This document shows, in pieces, positions 37,961-49,510 of a stretch of 64,000 nucleotides of DNA. Below the pieces are notes generated by a model. That model saw only the letters and a program-made list of their open reading frames with translations. It made no database searches and was not told where the DNA came from. Source of the stretch: Podarcis erhardii (taxonomy: Eukaryota); the NCBI GenBank assembly GCA_964252035.1, contig OZ176203.1, one strand, 5' to 3'. The translations under genes were made by a program, and so were the position numbers. Within the stretch, counting starts at the first letter, position 1. Each line of letters begins with the position of its first letter.

Positions 37961-38436
37961 TGAGACCAGTCAGATAAGAAGCAAGGGTCAAGGGACTGGT
38001 GGTCAACTGCACTTCTTCAAGCAACTTGTCCACCATCCTCAGACTCCAATAACTGAGACAAATCCAGTACAGATGGAACAGACAGTATTCCGGACACCCC
38101 ACACTGGACTTGCTCTAACTTGTAGCAGCCAACTCTGAGTGATTTTGTCCCTAAAGTGCCTCACCAAATTATCACAGCAGGCCACTTGGAAAAGCTGTGC
38201 TTGACAGCTACTTGCAGACCCAGTGATGGTGGTGGTGAAATAAGTTTTCTCTGCCACCGCTACCACATTCAGACTGAGAATTACACCATCTGCCCACTGT
38301 GTTTCATCGCACACAGGCCACTAGAATACCAGTGTGACCTATGTACTCCACAGCAACAGTGAAGGCATTCAGGAGGTGTTGTGTCAATGGCTCTGAGCAT
38401 TTCCCCTTTCCTCAGTGAGACAAGGCCCTCAATATG

Positions 38437-40562
38437 TTTTTTAAAAAAAAAAAAAATATTTATTGCTTTTAAACTTTACAAACAAGAAGAAAAAGAAAAC
38501 GAGAAAAAAGAAAAGAAAAGAAAGAAAGAAAAAACATTGCAATACAATATATAAACAATACACCACACAACATTAACGCATTAAACTAAACAAAACAGAA
38601 CAAAAACAATTTAAAAACATACATCATACCATTTCAATGCCTTATCTTTCATTCCCTTGTTTCATCGACTTCCTCTCACCTCCCTTTTTGTATTCCACTT
38701 CTATTAATTGTTTCAGCAATTCCTTTCCATCTTTCACTATTTTTTGTCATATAAATATCATAACTTATTTTAACCTTATTTTCCATTAATACTATAATAC
38801 TTATTTATGCTTAACTCCTTATAACACTTCTACTAAAGCCATATAATTTCATTCCAACATTTTTCTAACACTCATTAATTTTACCGTATTTCTATAAATA
38901 AACTTTAAACTTTTTCCAGTCTTCTTCCACCGTCTCTTCTCCCTGGTCTCGGATTCTGCCAGTCATTTCCGTCAATTCCATATAGTCCATCAACCTGGTG
39001 ATCTTCTATCCGAGGCTCTTAACTCTTTTCCAGGTCCCTTCTGCAAGTCTTCTTCGTATACTTTGTCTTCTGCTGATCTTGTTGTTAATTTCCTTCCTTT
39101 GATGCTGAAGAGTAGGTCTCGGGGGGGGCTCCAACCTAGCAATGTTTTTATTCCTTCTTGACATGTCATCCACATCTCCGTGGTTAAAACTAAAATCCAA
39201 AAGATATTTCAGGACGTGTTTCAAAATCCCTCCAAATCTGAAGGTCCCCACAACTCCAATTTCCTCCTGACCCAAGTCCAGATCCCAAAGGTCAGTAAAT
39301 CCCTGCATGAGATGATCTATCCAACTTTCCTTCTCCAGTCCAAGCAGGGTTCCAATCTGACTTTCTCTGAATTCAATCATAGAGGGCAACAACTTGTAGT
39401 CATCAAATTGCCTCTGTAAGGCTGGGGCTCTCTCCCTCTCCATTTGTATTACTTTAGGTTCAACAACCACAACTTTCTCCCTCGCTTTCTCCACCATTTG
39501 GCATGTCAAAGTAGATTCCTGTATCAGTTCCTGAATAGTTTCTGTGTAGATGTTCACTTTTTGTCCCAAATTAGTTGCTTTTTGTCCCAAAATATCAATT
39601 TTAATATTCATCACATCCGTCTTCTTGTGGAGCTGTTCCAATGACTCACTTATCTTGCCTAGTGCAATCACTAAGGCTTCTGTCGACATTCTCAAGCGAT
39701 CCAAGGTCAATCTCACGGTTTTCTCTTGCAGCTGGAGATTCCACCAGCCCAACTCTTATAACAATTTCAAAGGCTCCCTCTAGAGGAAACAATTTCTGTT
39801 TGTATCAATCCTTTTAAGCACAGTTCAAGCAGTAAGATTAGTTTCAATTTTCAACTACTTTTACTCCTTTTTAAGCGCAGAAGGAGACAATGGAAACAAT
39901 GTATTTCTCTTATTTAACTAACTGTCACAGTCAATGAACTTTCCCAAAAACGTCAGTCTTACTAGCAGTCTGTTTCCAGGTTCAGAGCGGTGGTGATCCA
40001 ACTTTCTTCACTCTCTCCTGCAGGCTTACATGATCCAGAAATTCCCCCCTCTTCTCCTGCCTCCAAGGGGGGGTTTAATGATTTTAGCCGATGGAAGTTT
40101 AATCCTTTACATAGGACTTTCCAGGACTTTAGCTTGCAAATTCTTTGCTTCAATCTATTTACAAAAGGGGAAGGCGGACTTCCTGTTTGAAACCTCCCCG
40201 TTTCGGTGCCAAATTAAGATGTTTAAAAATCCAATTTTCCGTTCTACTCACGGGTAGTTGTTTAGAATCAAATTGTCCACAGGAAAAAGTCAGCGCTCTC
40301 CGGCAACAGCAATGCGGCTTCACTCTGTGAAAGAAGCAGTCAATTTGAAGCACCGCGCCGCTCACCCCACATCGCTCCGGATCCCCGAAACCGGGTCTCC
40401 CCGCGAGTAGGGGAGGCGCAAAAGGTGCCGGCCGAATCCCATGTTCACAGGCTTCTCCCGCCTGCGATTTTTAATGGGTCTCTGCCTTCGCCATGGCGGC
40501 CAGACCCTGAATTCCACGGAGCAAATTCCTCCCCATTGCCGGAGGCGCTAACCCGGAAGTCT
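38437..40562 (-). mobile_element. Non-autonomous L1-derived (HAL1-like) element, copy B, 2126 bp
   Basis: 18-bp TSD gacaag(g/a)ccctcaatatg (38419-38436, 40563-40580, 1 mismatch); 5' end gacttccgggttagcgcctccggcaatg; AATAAA (38459-38464, minus) plus A tail; homologous to copy A. Confidence 0.85.
39006..39689 (-). CDS. 227-aa coiled-coil ORF (ORF1p-like) of HAL1-like copy B, with a likely +1 slip near the C-terminus
   Basis: ATG at 39689 aligns with the copy A start. Homology with copy A shifts frame at the G8 run (39121-39128) and resumes as RDLLFSIK...YEEDLQKGPGKELRASDRRSPG in the 38990-39175 frame. Confidence 0.55.
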   Translation of the reverse strand: MSTEALVIALGKISESLEQLHKKTDVMNIKIDILGQKATNLGQKVNIYTETIQELIQESTLTCQMVEKAREKVVVVEPKVIQMERERAPALQRQFDDYKLLPSMIEFRESQIGTLLGLEKESWIDHLMQGFTDLWDLDLGQEEIGVVGTFRFGGILKHVLKYLLDFSFNHGDVDDMSRRNKNIARLEPPPRPTLQHQRKEINNKISRRQSIRRRLAEGTWKRVKSLG

Positions 40563-43500
40563 GACAAGACCCTCAATATGAGCACCAACCATGTCAGTCA
40601 GCAAATTCCCCAGAGCATTCATGAATCCATCAGAGTCTATCAGTTTCTGAGGGCAGAGCATCTCAACGAGTCCCCCACCCCCAAATGGAGTAGCTACATT
40701 CAGCCCAAACCTCACCAATGGACTCGCAGCAAGCCCCAAACACACATGTCAATGGAGTACTACCAATTCCCCCTGTTGCAAAGACCAGGTCTAGGGACTG
40801 CCCTGCCACGTGTGTTGAACCACTGATATACTGAAACAGCCCCATGGTTGCCCATAGAGACCATGAACCACCAAGCTGGCCTGTTTGAGGCAGCCTCAGC
40901 ATGGATATTAAAGTCCTGCAACACCACCAGGAAACGGCTGTCCAACAAAGCATCCAAAATTACCCCTGCATGTTTGGTTAGGGAGGTTGTAGCACAACAG
41001 TGTGAAGGGTACATTAACAATATCCCAATCTGTTCCTCTGGCATTTATCAACAAAAACAGGCCACAGGACAGCTGTCTGGCACCCCCAGATTCTGAAATA
41101 CAGCAGGCAAAGCAGAGGGGGCAAGGGCTTTGATGGAACTAGCCCTTCTCCCTCCCCTCTATACCTTCTCCCTCCTCCATATCACCCTCTACCTACTATC
41201 ATAGGGATGGCAACCTCACTCCCATCCCATCTACCCACCCCCCGATTGACCCAAGACTATACATAATTTCCCTGATCCACTTCTAGTAAATTACAAACAT
41301 ACAGCAGAGGATAGCGTCAGGGGGCATTAGCTAGGCGACACAAAATAAAAATATCAGACGTGACACACCCCAGATTTTGTAAGGTGTTTTACAATGTGCT
41401 TTGGATACAGACATTGAAAACATTTAATCAGGATGTTAGGACAACCTCTAAGAGGGTGTTCCAAGGCTGACATGCATTTAATTCTTTATTAATGCTCTTG
41501 AAAACATGGCAAATCAAGCTATGATCATGTATCAGCAACAGTTTAAATCCATCATTTCTAAATCATGAATAAAGAAGTCATGAAGTTTGCCTTTATTTAA
41601 ATGACTTCCAGAGTTCCTATGACAACCATTGTATAAAGCCTCATGACGGCCATAAATTGAGAAAGAAAAAGTTTGTATTAAAACTTCTGTATTCCTTAAA
41701 GATCTATTATTCATTCCCACTAGATTAGTCACAGTGTGCATTCAAGGTAAGAGTAAAAGAAACAAAAATAAAAAAGCTTGCTTAAGTCACTGAACAGCAC
41801 TTAGAAGAATACTTACATTGACTTTCAAAGTGTTCAAAGGTTTTCAGACAAATGGAACAAAAATACTCTAGTGTGTGCTTTTTCAAAGTAGGTTTTTCCT
41901 ATTTCTTCAGCCTAGAAATTTCCTCCCTGTGATTAATATATTGCCTCCCCTTCTCCCAAGAAAGGTTTTCACCTTTTAAACTATCTACTCCCGCTAAAAT
42001 GTGTGTGTGTATAGCATTGCATCCTGAACAAGCCAGGGCTAATGTTTGCTCATGATAATTATTATTAATGTCCCATTTTGTAATGCTTTCAGAATATTCA
42101 TCATGCACCAGGCCTAACCGAAACAATCAAGTTTGGCCCAAGCAAAATAGTATGAGTTTGATTTCAGTGCTGAAATATAAAACTAGAATCAATTGATGGA
42201 TTTTGGCCTGAGAATGTAGCACTGAATATGTATGCTATTTGCACATAAGCTGGTGCTGGGGTGTTTTAAGTCATACTTTTGAATTAATTCATCAATGCTG
42301 ACAACTGTTCTGGCGTGACTACATGGGTATCACACTCCATATAGAAATGCAAATAAACTGATTAGTCCATGGTAAAGGTTCCCTTTATTTAACAACTAGC
42401 ATTTTCTGGCCTCTGGCTTTAATAGTCTCCAACAAATATAAAAAAATGTTACATGTCTTGAGTGAGTGAGTACCCAGTCTTCATGTGGCAAAGCAGCATG
42501 CCAGGATAATATTTCTCATCTAAGCTCCCTACAGCTTCTCAAGTAAAGGGCGGCTTTTACAAACTAGTCATACTGGCCATTTGAAAATTATCTTGCAGGC
42601 TGAATTTTATCGACACAGCAAAGAATTCCACAATGGCATATATAGCTGAGTGCAACTAAGGCTGTGTACATGCTCCCAATTACTCATCATCCAGGGCATT
42701 CCCACAGCCGATTTGGAAAGTTGTGTACACACAACATTAGCCACCATCCATATCTATCCTGCATCTGCCCTGTTGTTTCTTGTGAAATACTGTGTTTCGA
42801 TGCATTTCCCCACAAACCATCTTTGATCCAAATTGAGAAAAGAATGATCTGGCTGTGTTTTAAGCTAGTAATGTGCATATAGCTTAAAAATCTACGCAAC
42901 AGTAAATCCACAGACTGTGACCCTGAAAGGCCCTTTGTGTGACCTTGGCCCCATCAAATTACCCACTGTGTATGGTTGCCATTGTACAGGTAGTGAGTCT
43001 TCTGTATTTTAGTAGGACTCCTGTGGATATAATTGCATTATTGCTCAAAGCAAGCTAGGGGAGAGGAAGATTCAAAAAGTCACTTGGTTTAGAGGAAAAA
43101 TAAAGATCGCTGTAAAGAAGTATCCAACATGATTCACTGCACTCAGGGTTGGAAATATCCAGACTGTGGGCCTAATGAAGCCTCCCCATTTTGCTCAAAA
43201 GACCACTCTGGCCAAGCCATCTGCCCTTCAACTCATGTCATATATAGCATCAGGTGATTGGCAGCATGGCAGATCAGATGTGATTGGGCCAAAGCAGGTT
43301 TGCAGACACCACTGATCAGCTGACACGACTTGCAAAGCACTGTGCTCAAGAGTATATAGTATAGTGACTATACTGTGACTAACACACAGCATTAATATCG
43401 ATAAACATATATCATCATCATCATCATTTGCTTACATTGTATCCCCACTTTCCACCAAATAGCACTCATTACACCTATTGGCAACGATGCAAATAAAATA

Positions 43501-44262
43501 AAACCACAATATAATTCAAAGCAAAAGAAACAAAGAAGCTGATCATCAATACAATCAAACAAATAATCGTTTAAAACCAAACTCTCTCACACTAAATTAC
43601 CTGTGTCAGTTTATGGGCCAAAGGCCTGTTTAAATAAAAATCTCTTTGTCGGCCAGCAGAAGGTCATCAAAGATAGTGCTAGCCAAGTCTTGCTTGGCAA
43701 GCAGTTCTAAAGCCTTGTATTACATCTTTAAATGACAACACTAAACAGGTTGACATCCACAATCACAGCCCCAAAACAAGTACAAGCCAGACAGTACAGA
43801 CAGTACAGACAGGTTAGCAGTGTGGGAATTAAACTTTATGTTTAGGGTACTACTAGGGGAGTACCCCACAACTGCAAATCTGTGCTTTGGTTTAATATCA
43901 GCCTTCTGTCCGTGTGCAGCAGATCTTTGATGTGTCAAATGTATATGTGAATTGTATCTGCTTATATTGCTTTTTTCTTACATGAGACAAGATATGTTGA
44001 ACTTTTTAACCACCCATGAGCCTGTATGAGAAGAAAGGGTGCTGGGGATAAAGTAGACGTATAAAAACCTTGACGACATTGCTTTGGGTTCTGTGACGTG
44101 AGTATTTTTCAACATTGACTTGTTTTAGGGGGGCAGCTGCCCCCCAGCCCCCCATGGGGGTAATGACCTTTCATTCTTTTGCATAGTGTAAGCTTTTGTG
44201 TCAGCGTCACATGGCTAGATGTCTTTGAGACAAAATGCATTGCTTCAAAATGGTACTCCAAC

Positions 44263-44693
44263 CAGGGCCATCTTTAGCAGATGCAGCACCGGGGTGCAAA
44301 TATCTGCCCAGTGCCCCCAAATTACCATGCAATGGGGGGGAGTATGAAACTGCGCACTGCCAGCCATTGGGGGGGGCAACTCTCCCCCATGCTGCTGCAG
44401 GAGAGCAATCCCTGCAGAGGCTTGAGAGGGAAGCTGCATGCCCGCCGGCCATATAGTTAGCGGAGCACAGCTTCCATCCTAAGCCTTTGCAGGGATCGCT
44501 GTCCTCCCACGGAGGCTTGGGAGGCAAGCTGCACGCCCCCAGCCATATGGTTGGCAGGGTGCAGCTGGCGGGCATGCAGGGAAAGGGGAGGCCACTGGCA
44601 AAGCCATGCAGCTCCCCCACTCACTGGGGCGCCCCTGAAAGGCCGGCACCCTGGCGCAACGCACCACTAAGCCCTATGGAAAAGATGGCTCTG
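44263..44693. mobile_element. hAT-type non-autonomous element, 431 bp
   Basis: TIRs cagggccatcttt / aaagatggctctg, perfect 8-bp TSD ACTCCAAC. Confidence 0.85.
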
Positions 44694-47600
44694 ACTCCAA
44701 CTTCCATCGCATGCAAAATGGCCATTGCTCCCTCTCATTGCCTTCTTCTGACATTTCTCTTCACCTGGCTGGAAAGTGCTGCAGATTCAGGTCTGCTGAA
44801 GCCCACAGAGATCGGTGAAGGCAGACACGCCTGCCTCTGTATATGACTGGGCTGTTATATCCACTGTAGGTGAAGCAAGGTTAGTCAAGCATCACACATT
44901 TTTATGGAGTTCCTTATTATCCCAGTGTAATAAAAGGGAGATAAAAAGAAGTAGTCAATTAATGCTACACTTCCAACTCCATCCCGATTCTGTTCAGAGA
45001 TAGGTTGCCCCAGTAGGAAGGAAGAATGGTTTGCTTACCTGAAACTGATTGGCAATTTCCTGAGCATTATTGAGGTCGCACCTGTTGTCTCAGCCCCAGG
45101 AGTCACGACCTGATATTGGCCAAAGGAAGAGTTGGCGGGGAGGGCAAAGCTTGCCAGATTTGAACTGTAATCTACCTATGAAGTATGGATTTCAAATTAG
45201 TTACATGTGTGAAGGATTTCCCCAGAGACTCATGCAAAGAGTCAGCCCTCTATTTTTCTCTTTCACTCACTGAGGCCACATTAAACAAACTAGCATATAG
45301 TTGTGGATAGACTTCTTGCTCTCCTAAATGCATTGGTGCCTCTGAGGCTTGATTGGAGGCAAAGAAATAGACTTTCAAAAAAAAAATATTGCTTCCTACT
45401 ACATTTAAAGTTTGCTTATAAAAAGATTTTCTCTAAATGCTGGAAAGCATAAATTGTGGCATCCTAGGACCGAAGGGAAGTAGGCAGTCAGTTGGGAGCC
45501 TTCTGCTGTTATCATTATGTTCTGTGATTTATGTGCACTTTTAATCAAATTAGTGCAAATGAATGCATTGTGCATGACTTCCATGTGTAGCTAATCTTGT
45601 TTACCAAAAGGTACTTTTTATTTTTAAAAGTTAACTTCATTTATAAAAACAAATACAGAACAGTTATTGTCCAAAAATTCTCGCAAGGAAATAGGAAGTT
45701 GCATGCTGCCATCTCTTGCATCCCTATGCTAGTCCTCATTATATGCTGGCAGCAGAACATGCCAGGAATGTCCACAGCATCCTGTAATGTGTGTCCCTTG
45801 ATATCACAAATGTGATGCAGCACAAAAAACGCTGGGACCACGTCATCACCTTCTTCTCCGCTGCTACTGGCTGGGAAGCACCTTGACCTGGCCTTGAATC
45901 TGCCAAAGGCCCACTCAAGGCAACTGTGGCATTATGAGAGTCCTGTTGCAGATGGCCTACCTGTGACCAAAGTGTCCTCCACATGGTTTCATGAGCTGCT
46001 TCTGCAGAGGGCAGGCACCACCTGCCAGCGTTAGTGGTGGAATCTGCACACCATTGATGGACTGTTGGGTTCCCTGGAACAAAACTGCTTCTGCAGGGTT
46101 ACAGAGCGTAAGCACATCATGGTTTCTTCTCCAACCTGCCTCAGTCAACAAATAACTTGCTCTGGTCAGCTTTCCTTAAAATAAAATGGAATTTGTTGAC
46201 AAACACATCTGATGCCAACACAGTGAAGGAATCCCAACTTCCTCCAAACCATTCATGATCTGTAAAGGATAAGGTGGTCCAAGCCGTACGCTGTCCACAG
46301 CATTGCAACCTTCGGGTTTGAAAACAAATCTTTCAGCCTCATCGCTAGCAGCTGGTTTAGCACAAATGCTCTCAGTGAAATCTCTGGTGCTGTCCATCTG
46401 AGTCGGGTTTTTTCCTTCCTTCCTGCTTCCTCCTCGCAACCCGAAACGCACGAAGTCCTGCGATGGAAATACTGACGCAATAATTGGAAAGTTAAGTCGA
46501 GCGGCGTTTAGTTGATCTCAGCGGCCCCTTTCCTTTCCAGAAAGTCTGCGTGCCATCTCCTACTAATTCTGAGGGAAATGGTGTTGTTGCTGTTGTTGTG
46601 TTTTGTTTTGTTTTGTTTTGTTTTAAAAAAACCCAGCTTCGATCCAGGATTGTGGGCTCGGAATAACTGGTCGGACTACAAAAGGGCACAATTCAGCCAC
46701 AGCTAAGCCCTAAGGCAGCCTGATCCCACGCAGTCTCCCTCACCCGCTAGACTGACTTCCAAGTCAACGGGAGAAATGGAAGCGTGGTCTTGATTCCCCT
46801 ATTGAATTCAGTGGAGGGGAAGATGCGCACATTTTTCAAGCTTGTATTTTTAAAATCAAAGTGGCTCAAAAAGTGGTCGATTGACGCAGCCATACATTGA
46901 AAGCACATCGCCACAGGCACACACCCAAGGATCCCGGGAACTGTAACTCACCCTCAAAATGCTCTAATTCCCTTAAACTACATTTCCCGGAATTATATGA
47001 AGGGGTGGGAGGGATGTGTGTATATATTATAGGCGCACAGCAACCCCAAAGGGCACTTTTGCGATCAGTGCCTGAGTTTCTAGGTTAGCTTCGCTTTCCA
47101 TAATCGCTTTTGGTGTCTTGAAGGAGATCCTTGTTTTTTCTCATCGCAGAAAGCTGGAAAGGAATCCTGACCTGAAGTCGGGATCCAGGAAAAGGGAGAA
47201 GCTGGGAAGCGGATGGGGGGGGGGGCGAGGAGAGGGGCGCAGAAAAGGGGATGGTATAAAGAGCGTTTTCAGAATGGAAAGGGAGCACAAAAGCCGGTTC
47301 CTTAAGCCTTGTAAACCGGCCTCTCCTTGTTTGTGCAGGCTTTGCCCAAACATTGTTTCTGTTACATGGAGACATGGGTTCCCAAGCGAAAGAAAAGCCA
47401 GGAGTCGAGGAAAAGTAAACAGGCTCCGGCTCCCCGCACTTTGAAAGTCTCCGCGTTTCTTCGCATAAAACTATTGGGCCGGCTTTTTCCTTCTATTAAC
47501 GTGTTAATGTGAAGGTCAGATCTTAGCTTACCCGGGTCAGGAGAGCTGGCAGGCATCTGGGGCTCACGCTTCCACCGCCCCTTGATATTGTCGCGCTGCG

Positions 47601-48297
47601 GCGGGAGTCAGTTTTCCCGGGGGGGGTGGGGGTGGAGATAATAAATAGGCAGCAGCTCCAAAGCAAAATTGCCATCTCAGGTCACCGTCCCAGCAGGCTC
47701 CCTTGGGGTGGGGGACATCGCAACCCCCACCGAAGGTCCCGATTCTCTGCCTAGTTATTAGAGAAAGCGAAATGTTCCTGAGAGATGGCTTCATTCAAGT
47801 TAGCGGAGTTCGCTGCCTTTGGCCTGGAATAGCCACAAATAACGGGGCGAGATTCAAAGCACCCCCGCGGGATTTTAATGCCCGCTCCTGCTCCGGTTTG
47901 CTCAGAAGTCAGCCTCCCTGAGTTCAATGGGACGTTCCCAAGGAGGATCGCTTAGGGACGGTGCCATTTCAACCCATTGTAGGTTTACTCGGAAGTAAGC
48001 CCATTGGGGCCGCCTCCAAGTTAAGTGGGCAGAGGGACAAGAGGCTCTTAAGGGTTGTTGTGGTTGCTCTAACCTGGAAGTAGGTGCCAGTAAAATGAAG
48101 GGGACTGAAATCAGAATACATAGGATCATTCAAAGCTGCTTGAAAGTGAACCTCGTGGATTCCAGTGCATACTGTAAAACTGAGAGCACCATCGTTAGGA
48201 CAAATTTGCCCAAATTTCCTTGCATTCAGCGCTGCTTAGACTTTTAAGTAAACCTGTGAGAGACCGCAGCTTCGGTCCCGCTGAAATCACTCCCGGC

Positions 48298-48486
48298 CAG
48301 GGGTGCCAACTTGAATAAAATATTGGGGGAGGGGACCAGGTAAGTCGCGCGTAATCGATCACAAGACGGTGGGCGCGCGCACCATTTGAATAGGAATCCC
48401 AACAACTTTGGGGGGTGGCAGCGCCCTCAAATATTTTGTTGGGGAGGAAGCGAAGGGATCTCGGCCCCTAGGAGTTGGCCCCTATG
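48298..48486. mobile_element. hAT-type MITE, 189 bp
   Basis: Imperfect TIRs caggggtgccaact / agttggcccctatg, perfect 8-bp TSD CTCCCGGC. Confidence 0.8.
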
Positions 48487-49480
48487 CTCCCGGCCCTTTA
48501 GCCATTGCAGCAAACACGCTCCAAGCAGTTATGTTAAGGACCCAAGATCAATAGGAAAACTGCACTTCTAGAGAGTCAAGCACATTGAAATCAATGGGTT
48601 TTATTTATCAGGCGACATCTTTAGTTAGGATCCTCACCAAACGCACCTCTATCCTAAAGGCAAATAGGACTCTTATTGCATCTTCCAAATAATTAATGTC
48701 AACAGGACTTACTACTACGATGACCTTCTCTGCCGTGTGCACCTCCCTAACTTGGAAGGAAATCCCTTGAAAGCAAATGTTTCCAGGGCATTTCGCGCTA
48801 CTGATGAAATATACAGGGTCCGACTGTGTAAGGCAGGAAAGAACAAACTCCTCCGTTTGGGACGTCGGAGCAAGGATCTCCAAGTCCGTCAGCAATTGAC
48901 AAATTGCGAAGAAATGGGCAGAGTTTTGTTCCCTGATTCCGGCGCAGCTGCTTGTCTACTGAATCTCTAATTATTATTATCAAGTGGCGTTTATTTATTA
49001 TATGATATATGGTGTCCCCAGTTTGGACAGAGAGAATACTTTATGTTACAGCAGCTCTTGTTCCATTTTATAGAGTTTGGGGACAGGATTTTATTACCCA
49101 CCCACCCAAAAAGGAAAGCAAGCCCCGGCTCTAAACACACCGAATGAGAGCTGACTTTGGTGCGAGATTCAGAGCGTAAAGTTATGTTTTCTATCCTTTC
49201 CAAGCGATTCCCATTTATCCCCTCTCCCCAGGAAAAAGAATGTCTTTTTTTGGGGGGGGTGGCTTTTAAGACCAGCGAAGCAGGATGGAGACAGGAGGCA
49301 CCAGCCTTTGGAAATGAGCTTCATCAGGAAAGGAGAAGGTGAAATATACCCTGCTAAGAAAAGCGCACAGGGACCGGCTTTGTTACGGCCGGAGACAGCC
49401 GCCCGCGTCTGCTAAAGAGATCAGGGTCCTCGTCTAGATGGGGAAGGAGGCGATCCGACTAAGGGAAGGAAGCGAGGGAA

Positions 49481-49510
49481 GCAGCTGCTATAAAATGGCG
49501 GCGAGGTCTG
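49481..49510 (+). promoter_or_regulatory. Candidate TATA box overlapping a YY1 consensus in a CpG-rich patch
   Basis: TATAAAA (49489-49495) overlapping AAAATGGCGGC (49492-49502). Motif match only. Confidence 0.35.

Larger units (their letters stand above)
37965..41090 (-). mobile_element. Decayed L2 LINE ORF2 fragment split by HAL1-like copy B
   Basis: Endonuclease motifs LVVLQDFNIH..TMGLFQYISGSTHVAGQSLDLVF (40770-41040) run into GFMNALGNLLTDMVGAHIEGLV. After the insertion the text resumes with EMLRAIDTTPP..AEKTYFTTTITGSASSCQAQLFQV..CDNLVRHFRDKI..VDKLLEEVQLTTSPL, all L2-type linker motifs. Confidence 0.75.

Noticed and set aside
1-46000. CLDN14 or another neighbouring gene expected from mammalian synteny
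   Set aside because: No claudin-like coding sequence in the ORF track; non-coding exons cannot be supported from sequence alone.
45600-46450. Cluster of 60-90 aa ORFs on the minus strand
   Set aside because: No consistent frame, splice pattern or recognisable motif.
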